From the IMG/VR virus record IMGVR_UViG_3300032242_000711, positions 1 through 59,205 of that record: DNA of 59,205 bases. One strand, given 5' to 3'. The notes below the pieces were generated by a model. That model searched no databases, had not been told where the DNA came from, and was given only the letters and a program-made list of their open reading frames with translations. Below, in pieces: positions 35,275 to 45,819 of this stretch. The position numbers and the translations under genes are program-made. Origin of the DNA: a virus (taxonomy: Duplodnaviria; Caudoviricetes). Position 1 is the stretch's first letter, and each line of letters opens with the position of its first letter.

Positions 35275-36177
35275 ATGAGCAACGATCTCGCTATGTTGGA
35301 TGTAGGACTGCCTTCCTACCTGAAAGAACTTGAACTGGATGACGCAACCAAAGCCCTTATGGGTGGTAGCGGTGTTGGTTCCAAACGCATCTCCATCAAA
35401 GGTGGTGTATGGCGCATGATGGTCAACGGCAAAGAAGTTGCCAAGAACGAAGACCGTTCAATGAACGTAGTCATTGTTGCCGCTGCACCCAAGGTGTCGC
35501 GCACGTTTTATTTGAAGCAGTACTCTGAGGGCAACGAGCCATCCGCACCTGACTGCTGGTCTGCTGACGGTGAAGTGCCTGATGCCAAATCCATAATTCC
35601 GCAAGCTAAACGCTGCGTGGACTGCGATCAAAACGCCAAGGGTTCTGGTCAAGGCGATAGCCGCGCATGCCGTTACAGCCAACGTTTGGCAGTGGCGCTG
35701 GCCAATGACATCAAAGGCGATGTGTTCCAACTGACGCTTCCAGCCGCATCTATCTTTGGAGAAGGCGCTCCGGGAAAGTGGCCATTGCAGACATACGCAA
35801 AGATGATTGGTGGTAAGGGTATCCCAATCACTGCTGTGGTTACGGAGATGCGGTTCGATACGGACAGCGCTACACCACGTTTGACTTTCAAACCAGTACG
35901 TGTTTTGGAGAGCGAAGAGCACAAGACTGCTATTGAGCAGGGTCAGTCAGAGCCAGCAAAGCGTGCGATTACCATGACTGTGGCTGAAGCTGATGGCGTG
36001 AAGTTGCCAAAGCCCGAAGCACCCAAAGCAGAAGCCCCTAAAGCAGAAGCGCCCAAGCCTGAGAAGGTTGCCGCTGAGTCTGTGGAAGAACCCGTCAAGC
36101 GTGTCGCTAAGAAAGACGAGCCTGTTGCAGACAAGAAAGACCTGTCCAAAATCCTTGACGAGTGGGATGACGAGTAA
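35275..36177 (+). CDS. putative ssDNA-binding protein
   Basis: RISIKGG.., P.CWS..G..P, C..C..N..GS...RAC; PKAEA repeats; acidic-aromatic tail DEWDDE. Confidence 0.6.
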   Translation: MSNDLAMLDVGLPSYLKELELDDATKALMGGSGVGSKRISIKGGVWRMMVNGKEVAKNEDRSMNVVIVAAAPKVSRTFYLKQYSEGNEPSAPDCWSADGEVPDAKSIIPQAKRCVDCDQNAKGSGQGDSRACRYSQRLAVALANDIKGDVFQLTLPAASIFGEGAPGKWPLQTYAKMIGGKGIPITAVVTEMRFDTDSATPRLTFKPVRVLESEEHKTAIEQGQSEPAKRAITMTVAEADGVKLPKPEAPKAEAPKAEAPKPEKVAAESVEEPVKRVAKKDEPVADKKDLSKILDEWDDE

Positions 36178-36407
36178 TGGCTAAAGGTTACTCCACACTT
36201 ACAGTGCAGGAGGTTAACGAAGCAAATGCAAACCTGCTTGGTGTTAAGCTGGGCAGGATTTGTGTTGAGCGGGACATCCCTGTGACGGACGTATCAGACT
36301 TCTTTGGCGTGAGCCGAGTAACTGTTTATTCGTGGTTTCGTGGAAAGACAGTTGTTTCAGGCAAGCACGCCGACAAGATGCAAAAGCTGATTGCCAAATT
36401 GGCTTAA
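36177..36407 (+). CDS. Cro/CI-type HTH protein
   Basis: VTDVSDFFGVSRVTVYSWFRG. Confidence 0.75.
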   Translation: MAKGYSTLTVQEVNEANANLLGVKLGRICVERDIPVTDVSDFFGVSRVTVYSWFRGKTVVSGKHADKMQKLIAKLA

Positions 36408-36413
36408 CGGTTT

Positions 36414-36474
36414 GAGTGGGATAGGGTAGCTCCCGAAAAGGATGGGTGCCGTCACATCCCTTCCCTACTCTTTT
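36414..36474 (+). ncRNA. c4-antisense-like three-way-junction RNA
   Basis: GAGTGGG/CCTACTC closing stem, GGG-TAGCT-CCC, GAAAA linker, GGATG/CATCC with loop GGTGCCGTCA, then TTTT. The loop is complementary to downstream TGACGGC. Confidence 0.65.
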
Positions 36475-36502
36475 ATAACAAATGACGGCGCAGAGGACGG
36501 CT

Positions 36503-39352
36503 ATGGTTTCAAGAAATGAGTTCCTCTCATTGGTGCTACCGCCACTTCAAGATGGCGAGCATTATTGCAGTTGGGGCAATAAAAAAGAAAATGGAGAAGA
36601 CGTAGTTCGACAGCGGTTTGCAACCAATATCGAAGACCTAAGTGATAAATCAGATGCACTGCAAGCAGACGGGTTTAACGCTTTTTACGGCATGGCCAAG
36701 TTTGGGCCTATTTCTAACGGACGGTTTGCGACCAACGCAATCGCGCTCAAGTCGTTTTTTATTGACTTGGATTGCGGTGAGGGTAAACCCTATGACACAT
36801 TAGATGCAGGGCTTGTTGCCCTCAAAGAATTTTGCAAGGCAACCAAGTTGCCCAAGCCAAGCATTTTGCAGTCTGGGCGCGGTGCACACGTGTACTGGAT
36901 TCTTGAAGAGCCGATGGCTAAGACCGATTGGAAGCCACATGCTGAGCAACTCAAGCTGTTGTGTGAGCAAAACAAGTTTGACATTGATCGCGCTGTACCG
37001 GCTGACGCGGCGCGTGTGTTGCGGATGCCAGAAACGAATCACCTGAAAGACCCAACCAATCCGATTCCGGTTGTGGTGTTGCACATGGCCCCGCTGATTC
37101 CCAACGCCAGAATGAAGGAACTGCTGGAGCCAGTACAAGACGTTTTGTCTGCGCTAGACCGAGCCGAATTTAAACGCCCACTGGACGCAGTGACTTTGGC
37201 CCTGATGGGCGCAAGCGAGTCCAAGTTTAAGACGATCTTGGTCAAGTCGGTTGAGGGCACAGGATGTAACCAGATTGCGCATATCTACCGCAACCAAGAA
37301 ACAATTGACGAGCCGCTGTGGAGGGCTGGCCTGTCGATTGCCCAACATTGTTCTGACCGCCACAAGGCTATCCACGTGCTGTCTAATCAGCACCCCGAAT
37401 ACAACGCCAACACAACTGAGAAGAAGGCCAACGAAACCAAAGGCCCGTACACGTGTGAGACATTCAAAAAGCTCAATCCTTCAGGTTGCGAAGGGTGCGC
37501 ACACAAATTTACTTCTCCGATCCAATTGGGTCGTGAGATCATTGAAGCGACTGAAGAAGACAACATCATCACCGACCTTGAGCCTGAAACAAAAGAGGCC
37601 AAGACTTACGTCATCCCCAAGTTCCCATTCCCATTTTTCCGTGGCAAGAACGGCGGTGTGTTTGTGCACACCAAGGACAAGGATGGCAACGACATTGACG
37701 ACATCATTTATCCATACGACTTCTATGTGGTTAAGCGGATGCAAGACCCCGACTTAGGGGAGACCTTGCTGCTCCGTTTGCACTTGCCAAAAGATGGTGT
37801 CAGAGACTTCATCATGCCTTTGGCCGGGGTTTTGTCCAAAGAAAAATTTGTGGCAACGATTGCCTCCCACGGTATTACCGCGCTTGGCAAGAAACAGGAC
37901 ACGCTGATGCAATACGTAGCGAAATGGGTTGAGGATTTACAGATGCGAGCAAACGCTGAAAAAGCGCACAAACAGTTTGGCTGGATTGAGGATGAGTCTG
38001 GCATCATCATTGGCGACCGAGAAATCAGAGCTACGGATGTTGTGTACAGCCCACCGTCTTCTCCGACACTTCCGCACGTGCCGTTGTTCCAACCCAAGGG
38101 CGACTTCCACGTATGGAAAGACACCATCAACATCTATGGCGGTGAGGGTATGGAGTACCGTGCCTTTGCTTTCTTTTTGGGATTTGGCACGATGCTGATG
38201 AAGTTCACGGCGCTTGACGGGTTCTTACTCAACTTGGTCAGCCGCGAATCAGGTTCAGGCAAAACGACCATCTTGCATGCTATCAACAGCATTTACGGCA
38301 GACCCAAGGAATTATTGCTGTCACCCAAAGACACATACAACTCCCGCATGAACCGCCTTGGCGTGATGCAAAGCATGGCTGTGACAATGGACGAGATCAC
38401 AAACATGCCGCCTGACCAAATGTCAAACCAAGTTTATGACGTGACTTCGGGTCGGGGTAAGAACCGCATGAAGCAGCACGACAATGCGGAACGCCTTAAC
38501 AACACCAAGTTTCAGACTGGGCTTATCACGTCATCCAATCGGTACGTTACCGATGCGTTGCTTTCCATCAAGGGCTTTCCCGATGGCGAACTGAAACGGA
38601 TTATGGAGATCAACGTTAAACCAGATGCCCGAGATGATGCTACGTGGGCACGGCAACACTTTGGTAGGTTGATGAACAACTACGGCCATGCTATTGAGCC
38701 GTTCTCTCAAGCGCTGGTTGGCCAACTGCCTATGGTCAAAGCCAAACTTGCAGAAGTGCAACTGCGCATCGAACAGGCCGCAGGCATCAAGAACGCTGAA
38801 CGGTACTGGGCGCTTATCAGTTCGTTGGCAATTGCTGGTGGGTCAATCTCTAAGCATCTTGGGTTGCATGACATACCGGTCAAGCCCGTGTTTGATTACG
38901 CAGTAAACCTTATCAAGGAGACTCGTACCCGCACACATGAATACATGTTTGATACTGATGAGTTTGTGGGTGGCTTTTTGCAGAAGCACTTCCATGAGAT
39001 TCTTGTTATCAACGGCAGTAAGGATATGCGCAACGGACTTGAGCATGCCCCCATCCGTGAGCCACGTGGCGCATTGACTGCGCGTTATGAGCCTGACACA
39101 AAGATGCTCTATATTGTGACCCGCACGTTTCGAGAAGATTGCGCAAAGATCATGGCTAACTACGAAGAGGTGATTGCCCCGCACCGCAAGAGTGGTGCAT
39201 TGGTGGACACCAAGAAAAAACGCATGACCGCTGGCACTGTTGCCAACACGCAAGCTCCCGTGAACGCGCTGTGGTTTGACACAACCAAGCTGGACTTCTT
39301 TAACGCAACCGCTTTGTTAGATGCAGATACTGGGACTGCCGATTCTGATTGA
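36503..39352 (+). CDS. primase-helicase fusion (primase-like N-terminus, Cys cluster, DUF927 helicase)
   Basis: DLDC, SGRGAHVYW, D.ARVLR.P.T; C..F.......C.GC; Q.GW; SGSGKTT, MDE. Confidence 0.85.
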   Translation: MVSRNEFLSLVLPPLQDGEHYCSWGNKKENGEDVVRQRFATNIEDLSDKSDALQADGFNAFYGMAKFGPISNGRFATNAIALKSFFIDLDCGEGKPYDTLDAGLVALKEFCKATKLPKPSILQSGRGAHVYWILEEPMAKTDWKPHAEQLKLLCEQNKFDIDRAVPADAARVLRMPETNHLKDPTNPIPVVVLHMAPLIPNARMKELLEPVQDVLSALDRAEFKRPLDAVTLALMGASESKFKTILVKSVEGTGCNQIAHIYRNQETIDEPLWRAGLSIAQHCSDRHKAIHVLSNQHPEYNANTTEKKANETKGPYTCETFKKLNPSGCEGCAHKFTSPIQLGREIIEATEEDNIITDLEPETKEAKTYVIPKFPFPFFRGKNGGVFVHTKDKDGNDIDDIIYPYDFYVVKRMQDPDLGETLLLRLHLPKDGVRDFIMPLAGVLSKEKFVATIASHGITALGKKQDTLMQYVAKWVEDLQMRANAEKAHKQFGWIEDESGIIIGDREIRATDVVYSPPSSPTLPHVPLFQPKGDFHVWKDTINIYGGEGMEYRAFAFFLGFGTMLMKFTALDGFLLNLVSRESGSGKTTILHAINSIYGRPKELLLSPKDTYNSRMNRLGVMQSMAVTMDEITNMPPDQMSNQVYDVTSGRGKNRMKQHDNAERLNNTKFQTGLITSSNRYVTDALLSIKGFPDGELKRIMEINVKPDARDDATWARQHFGRLMNNYGHAIEPFSQALVGQLPMVKAKLAEVQLRIEQAAGIKNAERYWALISSLAIAGGSISKHLGLHDIPVKPVFDYAVNLIKETRTRTHEYMFDTDEFVGGFLQKHFHEILVINGSKDMRNGLEHAPIREPRGALTARYEPDTKMLYIVTRTFREDCAKIMANYEEVIAPHRKSGALVDTKKKRMTAGTVANTQAPVNALWFDTTKLDFFNATALLDADTGTADSD

Positions 39353-39548
39353 ATGGAACAAGTTCAAGCCGGGCACATCGTTCTTTGTGCCTTGCTTGGA
39401 TAGCCGTGATGTTCGCCGGTTTGTCAGATCAGAAGCTAAGCGACTTGGCTTGACCGTTATATGCAAACAAGTCATTGAGAACCATGTCTACGGCTTGCGC
39501 GTTTGGCGAACAGACGGTATACTAGACACGCACTCTGCCTCTCCTTGA
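39321..39548 (+). CDS. hypothetical protein
   Basis: W..F.PG.SFFVPC...GLRVWR; last early-arm gene. Confidence 0.7.
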   Translation: MQILGLPILIEWNKFKPGTSFFVPCLDSRDVRRFVRSEAKRLGLTVICKQVIENHVYGLRVWRTDGILDTHSASP

Positions 39549-39555
39549 AGAGTTT

Positions 39556-39584
39556 AGCCCCCTGTTAACGCAGGGGGCTTTTTT
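39556..39584 (+). terminator. rho-independent terminator at the convergence of the two arms
   Basis: AGCCCCCTG-TTAACG-CAGGGGGCT-TTTTT. Confidence 0.85.
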
Positions 39585-42500
39585 AATCCTCGTCCGAGAA
39601 AAACTCTTCACGAATTTCAGGCAGCAGCTTCTTATCAAATCGCACACCGTGGATCATTTGCTTCTCAGCAGCCTTTCGGGCGGCGATTGATTTTTGCAAC
39701 GTTTCCGCTGTGATGCGCTTGACTGGAAACTTTTGGTTAAACTCCGCAATCATGTCACGGGTTTCCTGTTGCATGTCGTAGTCACCAGCATGCTTGGCCA
39801 TGTCAAAACGATTGAGCAGTTGGGTGCGTCTAGCGTTAACCTCACGCTCGTATCCTTTGGCGGCTTGCAACTTCTCGTAAGTCGTAGACAGGTCAGCAGG
39901 GGCAAACCCAATGACTTGCATCAATGCGTTGTACGCGCTTACGTCTTCGTTGATTGCATCACCCTTCATGGTGACCGCGCCTTCAGTCAGATACCTAGCG
40001 CCCTTAAGGCCGTTACGCGCCCAGCTAGGCAGCAACGCTTCAACACCACGCTCTACGTGCCCTTCATTCATCGCCTTGATACCGCGCTCTACGTTGACTG
40101 CGTAAGAACCCAACGGGCCGAAGGCTTGCTGCATAGCAGACAGCGCGTAGCCGTGCTCTGCAATACCACGGGGGTCATCACGAAAAACTAAGTCGGTTGC
40201 AATACCAACACGGTTGGAGATTTCAAGGTTGGTGGCGTAATTGAGTGCGCCCTTATAAAACAACTCACCAAAGAACCGGCGCATCTCTTCATCGAAGTCA
40301 AACGGCTCATCATCTCCGAACAAAGCGTTGAGCATCGTAGCCAGTGTAGAAGCAGCGCCATAGAACGGCATACCTTTGACACCAGCAAGCACGGTAGCCA
40401 TACCGTACATTCCAATAAGTTGTCGCTGTGCGGCTTGACGTATGTCTTTGGTCTCGCCTTTGTAAGCCTGATGGAAAGAACGCGCTACCACAAATGCGCT
40501 GTTCCACGCAAAAGACTTGAAGGTAAAGAATACGCGGCCAATCGGGTGCTGCATCCAGCGCGGTGCAGTTGCCGCCAAGCCTGATGTGTGCGCATCTTTG
40601 GTTGTGTTAAGGGCGTATTGAACTGCGTTCGCCTCGTTCATACCCTTGGCTCTGGCCAAGTCATAGGCAGCAATTGCTGTGGTTGCACGGTTGTAGCGTT
40701 CGCTTGCGGCAAATGGAATAGATATGCCGTTCAAAAGTTTGGCGTACAGGCCGTTATATTGGGCAGTGCTTTGACGGCGACCTTCCAAAATCTCCCGAGC
40801 CATTGTGTGCTGAAGTTGGCCATGCTCCATCAACGTTTTGTACAAGTTGGCGTACCGTGGGCTTTTCTCCATGCCGTTGATAGCAACACGGCTGGCGTTC
40901 ATCATGGCAGATGACGCTTCAGCAAACCCAAACCTACCGCTGAGTATTGGCCACACCAGCATGGGCAACGAGGTCAAGTTGACGATTGCCGAAGAGATGT
41001 TGCCAGCAATGTACTCAAAGTAACTCAGGGCAGCAGCCGAGTGCACAAGGTTGTTGTAATTGGGGTTATGGAAAAACTCGCCCTGACGCAAAATAGTTTT
41101 GGCCGCTTCCTCAATCTGGAGGCTACCTGAGTTCTCACCCTGCGTGGCAATCTCACCAAGTGCCCGATCAATTTCTGGGGTGTACTCAGAGTTAGCCAGC
41201 TTGCGTGCCCAACGCACCATGATGTCACCATAATTGCGCACCATATCGCGCTCCATACCACGCACGTTCTTGGCTTTCATGAACTGCTTGAGGATGGACT
41301 CGCCGGGGAACAACGTCAGATAAGACTGATACACGCTGTCAAGTTGCTGTTGAGACGCCCCCTGCTTTTGCAGGTCAGCCATGACTTTGCCAATAAACGA
41401 AGTGGGCACCACGCCTTGCGACCGGTATGCAATGCTTTGCAAGTTCTGGTATGACTTGTGCGTTATGTTCTTAGGCGTGAGCATGGTGTCAATGAACTGT
41501 TGACGTTCACGCACTGACTCAAATGCAGAAGCTGCACGCTCTCCAGTCTGTGGGTCTGCATACTCAACCCAGAAATCACCGTGGCGCAAGAACGGGATGT
41601 AACCGGTAACGCCCTTGAGGTTTTGAAACTCGTTGGCCAGCCGGTCTTTAAGGGATATTGAGACGCTATTAATCAGCAACTCTTGGTATTGTTTCAAGGA
41701 ATTATCGTAATCTCCGCGCATCGTGTTGTACATGCCCTGCACATCAGCAGGCAACGTATTAAATTGAGCCTTTAATTTTTTATACGCGGCGTCTCGTTTA
41801 GCTTCGTTTGCTAAAAATTCTTGTTTCGCCACGGCGGACATTTTGTCCCACTTAGCTTGTGGAACTTGTTTGTATTTAAAAGGTTGGGACAAGTCAACTT
41901 CAGCCAGACGGGCGTCGATCGCCAAGTCACCCATGCGCTCTACCGCCTGCGGATGCTTCTTCTGGATGTCCACAAACTCGCGGTAATTGTCGTTGGCGGT
42001 TTTAATGCGCTGCTCTTGGACACCGTTGCGGCGCTCCAAAGCATTAAGAAGTTTTTGTATGCTTGGCAACTCTTTCTTGTAGAGCGTATTCAGGTTGTCC
42101 AGACGCAGCAAACCAAGACCGGCTTGCAGTATGTTGACATCCTTCACATTGGAAAAGGTGTTCTTAGTCTGGTTGATTGTCTGCCCAACGAGGTTAGGCA
42201 TTGCTTGGCCAATTTTGCCAACAGCTTGGAAATTACCCATACCCAAAAACATCTTTTGAGAAGCGCTAGCTTCTACGTCGCCTGAGATGTCTACGGCGTC
42301 GCTAACGAATTTAGTACCCACATCAAGCGCACTCTTACCAAAGCCAAAGAACTCAGCAATAGACTGCATGACGCGCTGGAACATGTTCCCACTGCGGGGA
42401 GCCTTGATGGTTTTGAGGATGGCTTGGAATTCGGGGTTGCCAATCAACTCAGAAGCAAACTCTTGCAAGTCTTGCGCACCATAAGCAGCGCCAAGGCGAT

Positions 42501-45500
42501 CTTGAATCTGCACGAAGAACTGCTGGAACTGTTTGGTCAGCGGATGGTTGGGGCTTGCCAGCACGTGCGAAACGGCAGCGTGTGTAACCTCATGCAAGAA
42601 CGTGTGCGCGTTCATCCCGTTCTGCGGATCAAGCGTGATCGTGTTGGTAGCTGGATCGTAAGAACCAGCTTTGCCGTCTTCGACTTTACCAATAACAACT
42701 TTGGCGTTGAGGTTCAACGAGCGGATGCGGCGCAGTACCTGCTTGATCTCAGGGTTTTTAATCCCATCAAGCAAGCTACGCAATAAGCCATTCACATCGC
42801 CGCGCTGTGCAAGTTGCATCTGTGCTTGGTCAAATGCTGGGCCGGTGTACTGTGGGAGAAACAATTTGCTGCCAAGTTGTTGGAACGCCTTACCCAACTT
42901 TGTTTTGCCGGTTGCTTCCGCTAACGCTGCATACGCTTCTTCTACCTCTTGGTCAGAAACGGCTTCAGGCTTTTCTAATGGGGCGGCCCTACTGGTTTCT
43001 ATTTCAGCTTTAATCTTGGCCACTTTGTCGGCAGCTTGCTTATCAAACTCTTGCATGCCCAAGCGGTTAAGCTCAGAGAGCATTTTGGTCTGCTCTTTAA
43101 CGGGCATTTGCTGCAAGCGTTGGAACATTTCCATCGCGTCTGGGCCAGAAGCGGCAATAGCCTCTTCAATCTGTTTAATCTGCTGCTCGTTTTTAGCCTG
43201 CTGTGGAGTGCCTTCGGATTCGCGCAGGGTCTCTACGGAATCCCTGTGCTGGGCAAACAAAGCTGGCAACCGCAAGAAGTTGTGCAAGTCCGTACCACGG
43301 TAGTTTTCCGTGGGCACTTCTTTGGCTTTGATCCCAGCATCTTTTGCTTTCTCATGCAGGCGGGAAGTCAACAGCGCATCAACGTTGGAGTCCACATCCT
43401 CAATGAACTTAGCCTGCTCTTCAGTAGCAGCCTGCCGACCTTTCTCAGCTTTGCTCAGATCAGTCTTTTCACGCTTGCCTAGCTCTCTTGGTTGTGCGGG
43501 AGCGGCAGGCAATTCTTTACGAGCGGCGTCAAGCGCATCAATTTGGGCAAAGGTTTCATCAGTTTGCGCATTAAGGTCATCTAACTTTTGGCGCAGCGGC
43601 GATTCATACGCTTCTGAAGGGGCTAGGTTATGCAGTTCTCCGGAAACTTTTTCCGTTTCTTCTGCGAGCGCATCAGCTTTAGCGATTAGTTTTGTACGCT
43701 CTTCAAGATTTTTTATATAATCCGCATCGTCTTTCGCACGCTCTTCACGATTTTTTATATAAGCCTCATCGCTTACTGGGACGGGCTGTTTTGCTTCTTG
43801 TCTTTGCGTTTCTGTTTGCTTGGTTTCAATGGGCGCAGCGCCAATTTCGGCTCCTTCTACTTTAGGTTGTTCAATTTCTTGAACTAATGCACGGGGTTGC
43901 TGTCCTTCTCTTGCAGCAGGGTACTCAGTAGCTGCTCCAGCAGGTACCACTCCATTGGGTTCAGTTGCTCCAGCGGCCTCGGGGGTGACTCCTGCACTGG
44001 GCTGGCTAACCACGCTAGGGCTTCCTCCAACTGGTGGTTCGACAGGTTTTGTAACATCAGTGGCTCCTTGGAACTCTGGTCGTGCAAGGTATGTTTCAAT
44101 CTTCTCACGGATGGGCTGACTCCGGTTTTCTACGTAGGCTTCCAGCGTGCGTTTGACTTCGGTAGCATCCTCTGGGTTAGTGATGTCTTTGCCTTCTAAT
44201 ATTTTGTTTTTGCGAATCAACGCGGTGTGACCCAGCCCCAAACCTTTAAGCACTTCGTCATTGACGACAGCGGGCATAGTCTGTGGCGTAAGTGGTTCTG
44301 GCTTTTTGACCAGCGTTGGCTCCGTGATAGTTGCCTCTGGAGAAGGGGCCGCCGCAACGGGTTGCACTCCACGCTTTGCAGCCAGCTTGTCCATTTCGCC
44401 ACGCACCTGACCAATTGTTTGGGCCAACGGCGATGGCTGTTTTGCTAACGACAAAAGGTCGGTGGGTACGTTTGTCAACTCACTCAATGATTTTTTCAGC
44501 TTCGCTTGCGCTTCTTTAAGCTCCGCAGCTTGGCGTTGCTCTTCTTGACGTGCGCGGATAGCAGCCGACTTTTCATCTTTGGTGGCCAGCTTTTCTGCCC
44601 CGGGCGTTAAGCCACCCTCGGGCGTGAACATTTCAAGCTGTTTGCCTTTAGGTTCTTTGGGTCCAGCAGGTTCTTGCTCTGGTGGTGTGTACAAAGCAGA
44701 GGCGGGTCCAGCTTCAAAACCGGGTAACTGCATCTGTTGTTCTTGCGCTTGGGCAGCTTCAATCTCAGCGGATTGACGGCGAACTTCTGCCGCTTGCTGG
44801 CGTTGGCCACGGCGCTCCAAAGCATCAGCGTACTCATTACGGCGCTCGGCAGCGGCCCGACCTTGTTCAACTGCGCCACCCAAACCACCAAATGCACCAC
44901 CGGACACTGCGCCCTTGATGCTGGACTCCATGATCCGGTCCCACTCTTTGCTACCAAACACGTGTGGGTGTTTATCAACAAAGTTCTCGGCAGCAATGCT
45001 GATGGCTTCTTGTGCGCCTTCGGTCAAACCTTCGGCAGGGATACCTGTAAGCGTTTCTGCGGTTACGGAGCGCAGCAACCCCTTGTCCATACCGGACTTC
45101 TCAAGAATCTTTTCAACAATACCTGCTTTGACTGGACCGCTGATGTTTTTCATCAAGCGTGCGGGAAGCACGGAATCTAATGCGGCTGATGCAGCACCAA
45201 AGATCGCGGCTGCGCCGGGGGCCAGTTGGCCTGTATTCTCATAGATGTTTTGGAATATTTCAGGAGCGTTTTGCGCATACGCGCCCAAGTAAGTACCAGC
45301 ACCGACAGCAGCAGCTTTTCCAGCAGCCGTAAGACCTGCACGGGTTGCAGCAACGCCAGCGCCAACGCCCGGAATCAAGGAAGTTGCAATGTTGGGAACT
45401 TGCTCACCAATGCTTTCGGCTAGGAACTTGGGTACGTCACTAAGCCCCTCAACATCTTTGTATGAACGGAATACCGGCGCGGCTTCGGCTTCACGTGCTT

Positions 45501-45798
45501 GGCGCTTAGCTTCTGCTTCGGCCAGTTGTTCTCTGGCAAAGTCATTAAAGCCCAGTGCGCTTGCGCCCATAGCTGGAATGATGTCGGTAAAGGTTGAGCC
45601 AAGTTCGCCCATCCCACGCTTAACCCCACGGCCAAACGTCTCCATGATGCCGGGGCCATACTCTTTTTGCAGGCGCTTGGTGTCCTCTGCGTCCACCTGT
45701 TGCTGAACAAAACCAAAAAGCGTGTTCTGGTCTGCGTTTTCTGGCCCCTCTACTTTGTAGACTTTTCCGTTTGGCGCTTGGACGTTATAGATTGGCAT
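39583..45798 (-). CDS. giant internal virion/ejection protein (large polyvalent type; zincin HExxH, PLxRFG-like region)
   Basis: 2071 aa; GSYDP...I.L......TFLHEVTH; YIPFLRHGDF; last late gene. Confidence 0.7.
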   Translation of the reverse strand: MPIYNVQAPNGKVYKVEGPENADQNTLFGFVQQQVDAEDTKRLQKEYGPGIMETFGRGVKRGMGELGSTFTDIIPAMGASALGFNDFAREQLAEAEAKRQAREAEAAPVFRSYKDVEGLSDVPKFLAESIGEQVPNIATSLIPGVGAGVAATRAGLTAAGKAAAVGAGTYLGAYAQNAPEIFQNIYENTGQLAPGAAAIFGAASAALDSVLPARLMKNISGPVKAGIVEKILEKSGMDKGLLRSVTAETLTGIPAEGLTEGAQEAISIAAENFVDKHPHVFGSKEWDRIMESSIKGAVSGGAFGGLGGAVEQGRAAAERRNEYADALERRGQRQQAAEVRRQSAEIEAAQAQEQQMQLPGFEAGPASALYTPPEQEPAGPKEPKGKQLEMFTPEGGLTPGAEKLATKDEKSAAIRARQEEQRQAAELKEAQAKLKKSLSELTNVPTDLLSLAKQPSPLAQTIGQVRGEMDKLAAKRGVQPVAAAPSPEATITEPTLVKKPEPLTPQTMPAVVNDEVLKGLGLGHTALIRKNKILEGKDITNPEDATEVKRTLEAYVENRSQPIREKIETYLARPEFQGATDVTKPVEPPVGGSPSVVSQPSAGVTPEAAGATEPNGVVPAGAATEYPAAREGQQPRALVQEIEQPKVEGAEIGAAPIETKQTETQRQEAKQPVPVSDEAYIKNREERAKDDADYIKNLEERTKLIAKADALAEETEKVSGELHNLAPSEAYESPLRQKLDDLNAQTDETFAQIDALDAARKELPAAPAQPRELGKREKTDLSKAEKGRQAATEEQAKFIEDVDSNVDALLTSRLHEKAKDAGIKAKEVPTENYRGTDLHNFLRLPALFAQHRDSVETLRESEGTPQQAKNEQQIKQIEEAIAASGPDAMEMFQRLQQMPVKEQTKMLSELNRLGMQEFDKQAADKVAKIKAEIETSRAAPLEKPEAVSDQEVEEAYAALAEATGKTKLGKAFQQLGSKLFLPQYTGPAFDQAQMQLAQRGDVNGLLRSLLDGIKNPEIKQVLRRIRSLNLNAKVVIGKVEDGKAGSYDPATNTITLDPQNGMNAHTFLHEVTHAAVSHVLASPNHPLTKQFQQFFVQIQDRLGAAYGAQDLQEFASELIGNPEFQAILKTIKAPRSGNMFQRVMQSIAEFFGFGKSALDVGTKFVSDAVDISGDVEASASQKMFLGMGNFQAVGKIGQAMPNLVGQTINQTKNTFSNVKDVNILQAGLGLLRLDNLNTLYKKELPSIQKLLNALERRNGVQEQRIKTANDNYREFVDIQKKHPQAVERMGDLAIDARLAEVDLSQPFKYKQVPQAKWDKMSAVAKQEFLANEAKRDAAYKKLKAQFNTLPADVQGMYNTMRGDYDNSLKQYQELLINSVSISLKDRLANEFQNLKGVTGYIPFLRHGDFWVEYADPQTGERAASAFESVRERQQFIDTMLTPKNITHKSYQNLQSIAYRSQGVVPTSFIGKVMADLQKQGASQQQLDSVYQSYLTLFPGESILKQFMKAKNVRGMERDMVRNYGDIMVRWARKLANSEYTPEIDRALGEIATQGENSGSLQIEEAAKTILRQGEFFHNPNYNNLVHSAAALSYFEYIAGNISSAIVNLTSLPMLVWPILSGRFGFAEASSAMMNASRVAINGMEKSPRYANLYKTLMEHGQLQHTMAREILEGRRQSTAQYNGLYAKLLNGISIPFAASERYNRATTAIAAYDLARAKGMNEANAVQYALNTTKDAHTSGLAATAPRWMQHPIGRVFFTFKSFAWNSAFVVARSFHQAYKGETKDIRQAAQRQLIGMYGMATVLAGVKGMPFYGAASTLATMLNALFGDDEPFDFDEEMRRFFGELFYKGALNYATNLEISNRVGIATDLVFRDDPRGIAEHGYALSAMQQAFGPLGSYAVNVERGIKAMNEGHVERGVEALLPSWARNGLKGARYLTEGAVTMKGDAINEDVSAYNALMQVIGFAPADLSTTYEKLQAAKGYEREVNARRTQLLNRFDMAKHAGDYDMQQETRDMIAEFNQKFPVKRITAETLQKSIAARKAAEKQMIHGVRFDKKLLPEIREEFFSDED

Positions 45799-45819
45799 TG
45801 GGGCATCCCATTATGGAGA

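Noticed and set aside
36414-36474. tRNA
   Set aside because: Only three stems, no T-loop GTTC and no CCA end.
39583-45798. N4-like virion RNA polymerase or tape-measure protein
   Set aside because: No RNA polymerase motifs recognised and no tail tube genes seen.
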